This document shows, one piece after another, positions 11,842-22,987 of a DNA stretch of 64,000 nt. The DNA lies in the NCBI RefSeq assembly GCF_021028975.2, contig NC_059439.1, positions 7,626,001 to 7,690,000 of the forward strand. Reading direction: 5' to 3'. Source of the DNA: Sphaerodactylus townsendi. Lineage: Eukaryota. Positions within the stretch are counted from its first letter, which is position 1. Every line of letters begins with the position of its first letter. The notes below the pieces were generated by a model. It ran no database searches. It worked only from the letters and a program-made list of their open reading frames with translations, and had not been told where the DNA came from. A program made the position numbers and the translations under genes.

Positions 11842-14800
11842 CCCTACGCAATCTGTCCAAATTTCTTTTTTTCCTCAGCTATTAAAGAATTGCTTTATTC
11901 TTTCAGAAGCTCTTTTATCTGGTTGCATCCGGTCATGTTACGGCTACCCAGAACTGTATCCATGCTGAATAAGCTAAAAATACACACCACAGCCTCATGT
12001 GGTATGAACTTCGCCATTGCACCAGCCAACCTTTTCAGACTTCCTTAGCCAGAAACTCTGTCACATTGTGTGAGGTCTCATTGTGGAGGCTGCTTCTGTC
12101 TCTTGAAGAGTAAAAGGAAGAAATTAATTTCTTCTCCTGTAACTTCTGAAGATGTGTAAGTGGCAACTCCTTGGAAAAAGCATGCAGCAATGGGATTTTG
12201 GCTGCCCGCATCTCTCTTGAGCCATACTGAGTAGGAAAAGGAGAAGAAATTAACCTGCCCTTAGAGCCATGGTTGAACCTCACACGCAAATGACACAACA
12301 GCCATTCTGTCCCTCAGCTTTCCCTCAGTCTACCTCTTCTTCATGTTAGAAAATGACCTCTCTTCTGGGCAGCAGCTGCCAATTTCCACATTCTCCGCTT
12401 GACAGGTAAGAGATTCTTTTGACCTTGGAAGAACATAGTTTGCAGTCCTATCACTCCCTTATGTTTCTGGAGGTAGGCTGACACCCCAAAGAATATTGCC
12501 ACATAGCCCCTGCCCCCACCCATGTCATCGCTGTCCTCCCTGTGGAAGAGTCCGTGGTTGTCTCCATCCCAATAACAGAGCCATTTCTCATGGTACAGGC
12601 AGAACAGCAGAATGGGGGTGGTTGGGCTGTGGAGATCCACCAGTTTTGATCAGGCTTGATGTTCTTTGAAGGCCAGCCTCTGTGTGTGAACGTGGATGCT
12701 TCTACCTGTGTGAAGATATCACACAGTGTGGTTTGCATTGGTATTTGCATTTGTGGTGTGCCCAGATGCATGCATAAATGGTTGCTATGTCCAGATGTTT
12801 ACACATCTCTGAGGGGGTGTTTAAATATTTAGGCTTGGGAGCATCGCGTGGTTGTCAGGTGCACAATCAACTCAGGTATGTGCTTTGAATTTGTGTGGTT
12901 GCGGAGGTTGTTTTCTTCCTTGAGTATGCAATTTTCTGTTTGGATAAGAACGTGTCAAGTGTGAATTTACCCCTAGGTGTTAGGAGGAAAGGCGTGTGTA
13001 TCCCCCTGTGTGTTTGTATGTGCATCCCTTTGTGTGTGTGAGAGAGTACATAACCATTTCTGTGCTTTCAGCTCAGAGCTGTCCTTGTCTGGCTTGTGTT
13101 TCTCTCCATATATGGCACAGAGAATGCGCCTCCCTGCCTTTGCTGCACAGACCTCATCCACAGCTTGTCTGTGGCCAAACTTGCCAGTTTCAGATGTTGG
13201 GCTGTGGTCTCTAGTTCCAACCCTGTTTGGAGTGGTTGGGTGAAGCGTTTGGGCTGTTTTCCAGAGCAGAGATGTACATATTTGAGTGTGCTCTAAAATT
13301 TAAGTGTGAAAATTTTCAAGGGTGGAAGCATGTCATCAGTGTATGTGTATTTGGGGTGTTATTTTTTGTTTGTTTCAGTTGTCAACCCTGTTGGCGTGCA
13401 CGTGAGCGTGAAAGTGAGACCTCTCCATCTCTGCCTAAAACGCTCCTTCCAGCTTCTCCTTCCTCTCCTCGGTCATCCTGCTTGCTCCCCCTCTTCACCA
13501 AGGGGCTGAAACACTCCCCATTCCAACCCCCAGCGCCATGCTGTCTCTCTCTCTCTCTCTCCTCTTCTTTCTGGAGGCCTTATTCTTTAACCAGCCAGTA
13601 GGGGGTGCTCTCATATACCAAGCAGTGTACAGTTTATTCCGGATTTGTAATTCTTGTAAATATGTGTATATAGTAAGGCATTCAATTCAGAGGATCTCTG
13701 TGTCAGGGGAGGGGGGCAGGTCTGTTCCTCTGTTAGGAATCTTGCAAGGCATTTTAAAAACAAACAAACAGCCCTGGTGATCTGGAAAGGAACAGGGCAA
13801 GGTATTAATTCTTCATTGCCTTATACTAAATAATGAAGTCTCTTTGCCGAGTTATCTTTTGGTTTTCTTCCACTTACCGAGCATATCCAACTCAAGGGAA
13901 TGGAAGAGTCTAAATGGTGGGTGGGATTTAAAGTCCTGAGGAAAAGGGTACCAATGGTTCCATCTCAATGTCCCAGTGCATAAATGCTTATCAGGTGCGT
14001 GTTTGTGTACCTGTTTGTCTGTATATGTGTGTGTGTGTGTATATATATATGTATATATAGGGGGCAGTTGCACCAGCTGCTTTCTTGCACCAGCCTCTTT
14101 AAACTGAATCGCACTCATTTTTACGGGGCTTCTGCGACAGAACCTGCCGTGCAAAGGGGCCCTCAGTGTGCGTGTACATATAAACCTAATCCTGTCAACA
14201 CTGTGTGTATTACTAAACATGCAGATTGCCTATGCACACAAAGCGTTAAGCCTCCCTGTGCACTTTTGCACACACAGACACACACATTGCACAACCTGCC
14301 ACCTCAAAACCCCTCCCAAATAGCAGTGTGAGAAAAGGAAAAATTGGCCCCCTCTTCTGAGTAGCTCATTGAGTTCCCTTCCTTCTTCTGGTGACTGGAT
14401 TCCCTTATTGCCCTCAGCCCACAGAGCCTGAGATTGTCCCGCCCCTTAGCTGAGGACTGGTTTTTACATCCAGCTTGATACTGGAAGGTATATTATTGAT
14501 CCTGCTGACCATGTAGCCATAGAATCATTGGGGTTATTGGGCCAGCCATAGAATCATTGGGCCACCTTGAGCTTCAGCAGCCGGCCATCTCTAACCGTCA
14601 GTCTCTTCCTGAGGCCCACCAGAGCCCTTTGATCTTAAACTTTGTCATAAGAGGAGTGGCTGAGAACTACCTTCTGGCCTCAAAAGAGGGCTGAGGGCTT
14701 TTACTTGTTTACACACAATGCCCCTTCTGTTGTTGCCAGTACCAACCGAGAGACAACTTGTGTGAATAGGTTACTTTGGATTAATCCCCTCAGATATCTC

Positions 14801-16316
14801 ATTTAGCAGAGCACAGTCAAAGCCTGTCTGTAGTCATGCGAACTAGCCCTTCAAGCATCCAATCATGCTCCGCAAGGGAGCTGCCCTCCACGCGTTGTTC
14901 AGTCCACGGAGGCCGCAGTGTTTAGCCAAAGAATTCTTTTCCAGCTTGGCCCGCTTCTCTATGCCACCTCATGTCTGTCAAATGGGGTGGAGGCAAGTGT
15001 GAACCAAGTTCTGTTCCCCATCCTTCGTTGTTGTTTTTTAAAAGGGTCTCTCTGTATAGGACCACTCTGGTGAAGAGTTCACCTGTTTCTCCTCCGTTCC
15101 TGAAGGGGAACTAGGTAGCTTTTGCATCTGCACCTAACAAGGAGGGTCAAGGGGAAGAGAAAATATATGTGTTGGAGCTGCAATCTGGAATGTATGGGCA
15201 AAGCACTCCCTTCAGAGGCCGTTGCAGGAAGGAGAGAGAACGTCCTTGGGTGCTTCCTGTGAGAGGCACTACAGAGCATCTTGTGAGGACTCATGGAGGG
15301 GTTGGCTGGCAGGTGCTGAGGCTTTATGGAGAGAAGAGCAGAGCTCAGGGTGAACCCCTTCCCCCCCAACCCATAAAACTCACATTGTGTCCCCCACCCG
15401 TCTTGCCAGTTTTTCTGATCTTGCCTCTTTATGCCATGGGTGCCGGCCACAGTCAGCAGTGCCCGCCCCCTCTGCATGGGTCTCTGTTGAGTTGGTATCC
15501 AAGCTGTCTCAAGAGGCCCACTGAGGCCTCTGCAGCGCTCCTCTGGGCCTTCCCTTTACCTCCACGCGGGGCAGTTTACGACTGTGACAATTTTGGAAGA
15601 GGGGTCGAGCGCCATTTCTGGTCCACACCAGAAGCCTGTTTGGAAGGGAGAGAAAGCTCTCTTCCCACACCATTTCTCAGTATTCCTTTTGCCAAGTACA
15701 TACCTCATATAGATCCTGCCGATCCTCACGCACCCTCCACCCCATCGCTCTCCCCAGCTGAACTTCGTTCCGAAAAAGGCATCACACAAGTGATCACAGC
15801 TTTGGATCCAGACTTGGTTTGGGAAGGGGTAAACTGTTCTGAAATATTTGGGGAGAGAAAGGCGTTTCCAATAAGGGGGCACCCCCCATTAGCCCCACCT
15901 ACTATGCATTGTGGTTTCCCCCCCACCCCACCCCTCCCTCGCAGTCCAGAGCAGGGAAAGGAACTGTGAGCAGGGCGTTAGTGAATGTATGTTTGGGACA
16001 CGGGGTTTTCAGTGTGTTTCAGAAGGGTTGGGGGGGGGGGTGAGAGAGGGGTAGAAATTGTTCCCCTTCTTCCCTCCCTCTCTTCCCACCCTTACCCCTC
16101 TCCCTTTTTTTTTTGCGCCTGGGAAGCAGGAAAGCTGCTGATATTAAAAAAAATACGACAATCACAATTTGTCTGTGACGTGCGATTTTGAAAAAAAAAA
16201 CCCTGAAAAGTTTGGGGCGGGGGAAAAATAACCCTTTTTTGTGTTTTTGGTCAGGATTTTAAAGAAAGATATTTTTATGGTAATTGTCGCTGGTCTATTT
16301 TACTATATATTTATGT

Positions 16317-16322
16317 AATAAA
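16317..16322 (+). terminator. THRA (TRalpha1) polyadenylation signal AATAAA
   Basis: AATAAA with a U-rich upstream context and an overlapping TGTA motif. An additional ATTAAA lies at 16143-16148. Confidence 0.7.
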
Positions 16323-17373
16323 TATATGATAAAAAAACAAACCTACCCTTTAAAAAAAAACCCTCACAGCCCCAACTGGTTCTTAGTGTCTCATTTCTGG
16401 CGAGCAACGGTGGGGCACGTGCGGATGGAGTGTATACCTGGGTGATTTGTGTGCACACAAGTGCATTGAGGCTGTCTTCCTTTAAACAGGAGAATGACTC
16501 GGAAAGGATTCTATTTTGCAGCACAGAGAATCTTCTGGACCCATTTACACACTGAAACCCCCTGGGAAGGGTGAAGTGTTTACCCACCAATGTTGGATCC
16601 CTGACTGTAACAGGGATGTTACACAGATCAGGCAGATGAAAACCAAACTCAAGAAAACTGGATTAGTGCCAGATGGGGTGGGGGGATGTCTGGAGCTGAA
16701 AGTGATTTGGAAAAGGCAATTTTTGCTTCTGACAAACAGGTCCCACCCCCCACCCCCCACCCCCCGGCCAAAAAAAACCTCCCCTGATTTGACCAGGAAC
16801 AATAGTTGGCGACCAAAGGGATACCATCCTCCAACAATTTGCAACAGATTATCTGGCTCCAGCTTCATTGATGCTGACAGTTCCAGTAAATCAGTGGGGC
16901 AAGCTCATTCTGATTTCAATGGGAAACATTTTCTTGCACACTGAACCAATCCTTGGCTCACACCAAGTTTTAACAGCTCCTGCTCCCCTAAGCTGAGCAA
17001 AAGACCACCCCACATTTAAGTGCAGGCCCCCCACCACCATCTCTCCTCCGCCCTCCTTTACAAACAGCCAATGGGGACAGGAAAAGATAATGGGTATGGA
17101 TTCAGGCAAAGCAGGCAGTTTGCTTTTCAATATATTATTCCTGTGTGGCAGGGAAAGAGTGGCAGTTCTATCCACACAACTCCAATATACACAGATATAT
17201 ATTTACAAAGTCGATGCGCCGCTTCGGTCCAGGCAGGTAAGGGGGCAGCAGCTGTGGCTACACCAATATATAAATAAGGAAGCTGGGTCCAGGCCCAGGA
17301 ACAGTCCAGTTAGTGCAATGGCGGAAACGAGGGGGAGGCAGCTGAAGCAGCCTCTCTCCCCCACCTTATCCAT

Positions 17374-17573
17374 CTACTGAGCATCTATGCGGAATGAGAG
17401 CAGTTTTTCAGAGTGCATATTGTTGAGGGTGCGGAGATCAGGAAGCTTCAGCAGCAACTTGGTAAAGCGGGATGTCTCCTGTGGGTGGTTTTTGAGGATC
17501 AGGGCCCGGAGGGCACGGATGAGCGTCTCCTGAAGCTGCTCCACAGACACCGGATTCTCTATGCCGGAATGAT
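17374..17573 (-). CDS. NR1D1: Rev-erb alpha exon 8 (DHSGIENPVSVEQLQETLIRALRALILKNHPQETSRFTKLLLKLPDLRTLNNMHSEKLLSFRIDAQ*)
   Basis: Acceptor ctcacAG (17575-17574), TAG at 17376-17374. Heme-ligand His in NNMHSEK, no helix 12, and an NR1D1-type ...SFRIDAQ end. Confidence 0.97.
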
Positions 17574-18507
17574 CTGTGAGGGACGAGGGAATAACAGGTG
17601 GTGAGTGACACGCACACAAGGGTGAGCAAGATATTCAGACAGACTGCCAATCTCCGCCTACCCAGAACCACAAGAGCTCTCGTGTCAGCTGCCAGCCCTG
17701 GCTCATCAGGCACAGGGAGCCATCAGTCTGCCAGATCTGACCGGGTTCCGGCTCGTTAGCCTTGTCAGACACGTTCTGTTCCAGCCTCCCAGAAGGCCAC
17801 AGACCATCCGATACTAAATGCTGCCACAGCCTGATCTTCTCAATCTCAAGGACTCTACACCCTGGCAGTGTACTATTATTATTATTATTAATAAATACTA
17901 TAATAGCTCCCTGTCATTTTACAAAGGAACTTGGCCGTTGGAGCCAACTCCTTGCCCCAAGGAACCTACAATCTTTCAGTTTCATCTGTGGGGGCTGGAG
18001 CGTCTAGGGAAAGCAGGCAGGCCAGCAAGGCAGGAATAAGGAAAGATAGAAATCCACATAATTGCATTTCCTTTCCGCTGGCACAGAGAACTGAACAGTT
18101 ACAGCCACAATTTCAGGGAAAAGGAGGGCTTGCAGAAGGGAAAATGAGGCAACTCTGGTTCCAGGTATAGGGTTAATTCCAGCTGGCTTTTTACCCAATC
18201 TTGCCCTATTGTCCTCCTTACTGCAGCTCCCATGGCAGGCGCGCAGCTTTAGCCATGCAAACCCACAAACCCAGCCTGTTTGATGGTTAAAACTGTCATC
18301 CTACAGATGGCATGGGGATATCTCAGAATTACTGCTGGTGGCTCAACGGGTAACCCTCCTTATTTCTTCAATGGGAGTACTACCTGGTTCCAATACACAA
18401 GGAGCAGCAAGACAATACATGCCATTGTTTGAGACAGAGACAGCAAAGAGGTCCGAAATTATAAGGACCCGGGCACTACCCAGCCCAGCATCTAGCCAAC
18501 GACCTAC

Positions 18508-18718
18508 CTGCAGAGACCAGCACCACAGCAGTGAAGAGGCCCAGCTCTTCTTCAGAGAGGTCCAAGGCACCCAACTTCTCACTGAACTCAAACATGGAGG
18601 TCAGTAGGTCCCCCATGCCCATCCCCCACAGCTCTTCCAGACTGTACTTGGTGCGGCTCATGAACATCACTGTCTGCTCCTTAACATTGAAGAGGGAGGC
18701 AAACCGAACCATCAGCAC
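18508..18718 (-). CDS. NR1D1: Rev-erb alpha exon 7 (VLMVRFASLF...LFTAVVLVSA)
   Basis: 211 nt, AG/GT boundaries, phase 0 to 1, LBD sequence. Confidence 0.96.
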
Positions 18719-19852
18719 CTGATCGGAGAGAGGGAGAAGGTGAGGCCACAGGAAGGCAGTGTCCAGGAACACCAGTCAAATTCTTTTTCAATCTGATTTC
18801 TGGGGAAAAGCGATTCTCCCACGGACCAAAGTGTGTCATAAACACACCCGTGTTTTGAAAGTGATTGTACATTCTAGTTTGTTTGGGAGGGGTTGCAAAA
18901 ATTATCCTTGTTAGAATTTTGTGCCTTTGTTGTTTATGCCACATTTTCAGAATTGTAGCCCTTGAAAAACTACAAATAAGTAGTAGTTTTTCAATTCAAA
19001 ATAAGGTGTCCCTGCTATGCGCTGAAAAATCTAGTGATTGTTTCAACTGATCAGTTAACAAGGACAGGATCTAGTGGCTTTACACCCCATTCTTAATCCT
19101 GAAGTCCACATGTACACATGGAAGATGTTGTCGGCCATTCCCTCTCCAAATGAAACTTCACATGCTGCATGAATGGCCAACACAGAGTGTCTCCTGACCT
19201 TCTGGATGGCATTTTTTGGGAGGGGCAAGAAGACTTTGAACTTCTCTTGCTTAAACATGACTGCTCCTTTCTGGCTCTTTCTCTGTAAGCCAGGGGATTG
19301 CAACCATTTTAACTTTCAACAGACAGTTTGGAAAATATCTTTGGTCATTCAAGTAAGGCCAAGTAATCCTAAATACATCCACCCTTTGGTGATAAATTGT
19401 ACGGAACTTGGTCGAACTGCTTCTCAACAGACACAGCATCAGACTGCAAACAATTCTTTCCAGAACCCCAACGCAGCTGTTTGTCAAGAATGTAGTTCTC
19501 CGTCGCCTTTGCTTTGGGTATGACTTAAGATCCATCCAGCCTGCTGAAAGCTGATTCAGACCTCTAATTATTCCTAACAAGCTTGTATTTCAAAGAGATG
19601 ACAGTGGACCACAGTCTTTAAATGTATGCTCATTAGGTTGTGGGGGAAATTTCTGACAAAACAAAAGATCTATGCAGAGTTTGGGATTTTTTAAAAAGCA
19701 CCTATTTTTCTTACTATTTTAGACAATAAACTAATATTTTAAAGGTTTTTTTTAAAAGATTCTCTCCTTCTTCACTTCCCAAAACACTGGTTGGTCCTGT
19801 CTAGCAAGGAGCAAGAGCAAGACAAGCCACAAGAAAGGGGAAATCCTCTTAC

Positions 19853-20038
19853 CTCAAATGTGCCTGCTTTCAGGAGGGAGACCTGGTCGTGCTGGGAAAG
19901 ATCTTGGAACCCCGGGATATGTTTGGCAAACTCCACCACCTCTCGGACAGCTGGCGTGAAGCTCAGTGAGAAATCCTCCCAAATTTCCTGGACTGTGCGG
20001 CCACTGCGACCGTGGGGGTGACAGTTCATGGGACATGC
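19853..20038 (-). CDS. NR1D1: Rev-erb alpha exon 6 (ACPMNCHPHGRSGRTVQEIWEDFSLSFTPAVREVVEFAKHIPGFQDLSQHDQVSLLKAGTFE)
   Basis: 186 nt, AG/GT boundaries. Contains the Cys-Pro heme ligand motif and the nuclear receptor signature FAKxIPGF. Confidence 0.96.
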
Positions 20039-20768
20039 CTGTTGGGAGAGGAAAGGATCGGCCCCATTAGATAGCAAACCAAGAGATGGAATCGAAGCCC
20101 CCGCAGATAGAAAAACCTGCTCACACTAGGGGGCTAGGGCTTATAAATGCTGAATAATCCACTATAGCTATTATTTGCAAGTGGATTTTGCCATCTCACA
20201 CATCTGCCACTTCTCTAAGCCCCATTTTTACTGTCGGTTTTTCCCCTTCAGACTTGGGAAGCATGATATGCTTTCCCGCTCAATTGTCTGCCAAAGCTGC
20301 CCTCCATCAAGGACTTTTTCTGACACACTGGTGTTGGATCACGCTTCATGTGTCAGCGCCCGCCCCCCCCCCCCCGCCCCCCCCGGCAAAAAAACCCAAA
20401 CGTATTTGTGCTCCATGGTGCCATTCAACCTGAAAAATGGCCAATAACACAGTCCTGGTTATGAAGCTGGACCTCACTGGATTCAATGCTCAAAACATGT
20501 TTTTACTCCTTTCTGGCTAATAAGGATTCTGCCCAACACCCAACTTTCCCCTTCTTGCTCATCAAATTCAAATGATACTTTAACTAGTTTTGATTCCCTG
20601 TCAACCACTGCTGGGGTGGGGGGTGGGGGTGGTTTTATAGTTTTTTCACAGAGTAAAACTACAGAGTGTGCACCCCACCCCCCCGGCACCCTGGGACAGT
20701 TTGGCACCTCCCAGCTCTTAATATCCTCCATGTTTCGTTTCCATTCCTTTGAAGCCATGTGTATAGAT

Positions 20769-20892
20769 CAGGAATGTCCAACTCTGGCGCTTTAGATGTT
20801 CATAGACTACAATTTCCAATTGGCCATGCCAGCAGGGGCTGATGGGAATTGTAGTCCATGAACATCTGAAGTGCCAGAGTTGGACACCTCTG
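20769..20892. mobile_element. Palindromic hAT-type MITE in NR1D1 intron 5
   Basis: Terminal inverted repeats; TSD gtatagat/acatagat. Confidence 0.8.
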
Positions 20893-21274
20893 ACATAGAT
20901 CAAGCTCGGGAGTCCGTGTAAGACTGTCACCTTGGAGTGCATTTATTTTCTGACTATTCTCCCCTCTGTAAGCAACTTGGCATGAGCAGCAAGGATTTTC
21001 TACTGCATCAAGTCATACTAGTATGATTCCATTTTTTCACTGTAGACAGCATACAAGATTGAAAACAGCCAAGACCAGAATACAAACAAAATCAATGACA
21101 AAGTCAAAACCATAATTACATGTGTCAAGTAAAGTAGGACAGACAAAATATATAAACAAAAGTCTTCTGCCACCAACAAACTGTTATTCCAGCAGAATCT
21201 TTCGTACCCCAGTTTGTCAGATGCATGTGGTAGATCCTCACTGGGCAGATATGTCTCAATGTGCATAAAGGCTC

Positions 21275-21470
21275 TGTCAAGTCACAACTAACTTATAGCA
21301 ACCCTGTAGGGTTTTTTGTCAAGAAACTTTCAGAGGTGGTTACCCACTATCTCCCTCTGTGTTGCTTCCTTGGTGGTCTCCCATCCAAACACTAACCAGG
21401 GTCAACTTGCTTAGCTTCTGAGGTCTGATCTAGCCTGGGGTGAGATCAAACTTGCCTGGGATGCCCAAGT
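21275..21470 (-). mobile_element. 5S rRNA-derived SINE
   Basis: ggtctcccatccaaacactaaccagggtcaacttgcttagcttctgaggtctga is 5S antisense-like. Confidence 0.7.
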
Positions 21471-21933
21471 TAGGCCCCATACAACGACCATGAGGGGAAG
21501 GGCAGAATACAAATCTAATAATAAATAAATAAAAATACCTCTATGAAAGTATGTAAAAGGAGCTGTCCTACCCCAGGTATGTAATGTACCTAATAGAGTT
21601 TCATTTTTTCAATACATATATAGCTTTTGGGGGCCAGCATTGCTGAGGAAAAATAACTCTCTCCAAAAGAGATGCTAAGTTGCTAAGGTCAAGATCACAT
21701 CAGGAAGGCCTGTGGTTTTGAATTCTGCCCCTACCTCAGTAGGCAGCAAACCAGTACAGAAATAACAATATCCTACCACTCTGCTGAGAAGGATTACAAT
21801 ACCGCCTGGTGCCCAAGGCTCAAAAGGAGTCTGGTGCCAGGAAAAGGTACTGTCATTAACAGGAAAGGTCCACAGAATCCATCCCAAAGTAATTAAGCAC
21901 AACTGATGAAGCCTGGCAGTAAGCGATACTTAC

Positions 21934-22535
21934 CAAGAGTATGTCTTTGGGTTCCCCTTGCCGGGGGCAGCCCTGTCTGTTGGAGGGGTCCATCTCCAGC
22001 AAGGGATATCCAGAAGGGCAAAAACGATGCCCGTTGATATTATTCTGGTGACAGGTGTTACTGGGAGGGGAGCCAGCATTCCAGTTGTCATTCTGCAGAC
22101 AAACTTCGTTGCCATTGTTGAGCCAAGTGTTCTCCCAACCAAGAGAATTATCACCCACCGTGGGCGGAAGGGGCCCCGTGGCCAGTTTATCGTGGGCATA
22201 AACAAAGATCTCCTTGTGGGCCTTGGCCACTTGTGAGATGACGTCTTCCATGACATCCCCAGGGCTTGGGGAGCGCGGGGGCGTCAGTTGCTGAGAGAAC
22301 TGGGAGAAGCAAGGGGACGGCTGAGGTGGTGAGGCCACGTGGGGTGGCGGAGAATGGGGGGCCAGCTGGGGTTGGCGGCACAGCAAGGGGTTAGCTGGCT
22401 GCGGATGTCCCGTTGGCAAGCTCTCTGGAGGGCTCTGCATGCTCAGCTGGTTGTTGGCCATGTTGTTCATGGCGCTCTGCATCTCTGCCAACATCCGCTG
22501 CTTCTCGCGCTTCGGTATGCGCCCAAAACGGACAG
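21934..22535 (-). CDS. NR1D1: Rev-erb alpha exon 5 (hinge; AVRFGRIPKREKQRMLAEMQSAM...LTPPRSPSP...GEPKDILL)
   Basis: 602 nt, AG/GT boundaries, GRIP box, LTPPRSP motif. Confidence 0.95.
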
Positions 22536-22652
22536 CTAGAGCGGGGAGAGAGAAGGCAGGAGAATGCATGAAGCAGTCGAACCCACCACAGTAATCAAGG
22601 CAGGTGTACAACAGGTACTGTCACACATATTACACCAATGCGAACTCGAACT

Positions 22653-22987
22653 CACTAAGTGAGTATCATTTCAATAATGTCTTTCTATAATTTCAAACAA
22701 TTCCAAAGGTAAGTAGACCATCAAGTATGGCTATAAAACCTCTAGAGGTGTAAGGAAAGAAAATACTTTGTACGACAATTTTTTTTTGTTAATTATATGA
22801 AAATGAAAGGACTGGACAGGGTTTTATATATTGATACTTGTATTTGTACATTTCAGATTGGCTTGACAAAGGACTGCCGAAATAAAAACCTAATCTAGAA
22901 GTTTTATAGCCATACTTGATGGTCTACTTACCTTTGGAATTGTTTGAAATTATAGAAAGACATGATTGAAATGATACTCACTTAGTG
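22653..22987. repeat. 94-bp inverted repeat with a 147-bp spacer (Penelope-like pLTR inversion) in NR1D1 intron 4
   Basis: 22653-22746 is the reverse complement of 22894-22987 with 2 mismatches. Confidence 0.85.

Larger units (their letters stand above)
4344..16340 (+). other. THRA: Putative long 3' UTR of THRA (TRalpha1), ~12 kb
   Basis: No coding exons and few repeats. AU-rich UTR-like blocks at ~7600-7810, ~13610-13685 and ~16130-16335. The block gatatttttatggtaattgt...tactatatatttatgtAATAAAtatatgat resembles the mammalian TRalpha1 3' end as I recall it. Earlier AATAAA at 5489, 8169 and 11025 could give shorter forms. Confidence 0.6.

Noticed and set aside
14515-14561. Short direct repeat agccatagaatcattggg x2
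   Set aside because: Simple slippage duplication with no further structure.
15169-15969. 266-aa + strand ORF in the putative THRA UTR
   Set aside because: Pro/Gly-rich, with no recognisable family and no exon context. Plausibly a chance ORF in GC-rich DNA; not testable without Ribo-seq or conservation data.
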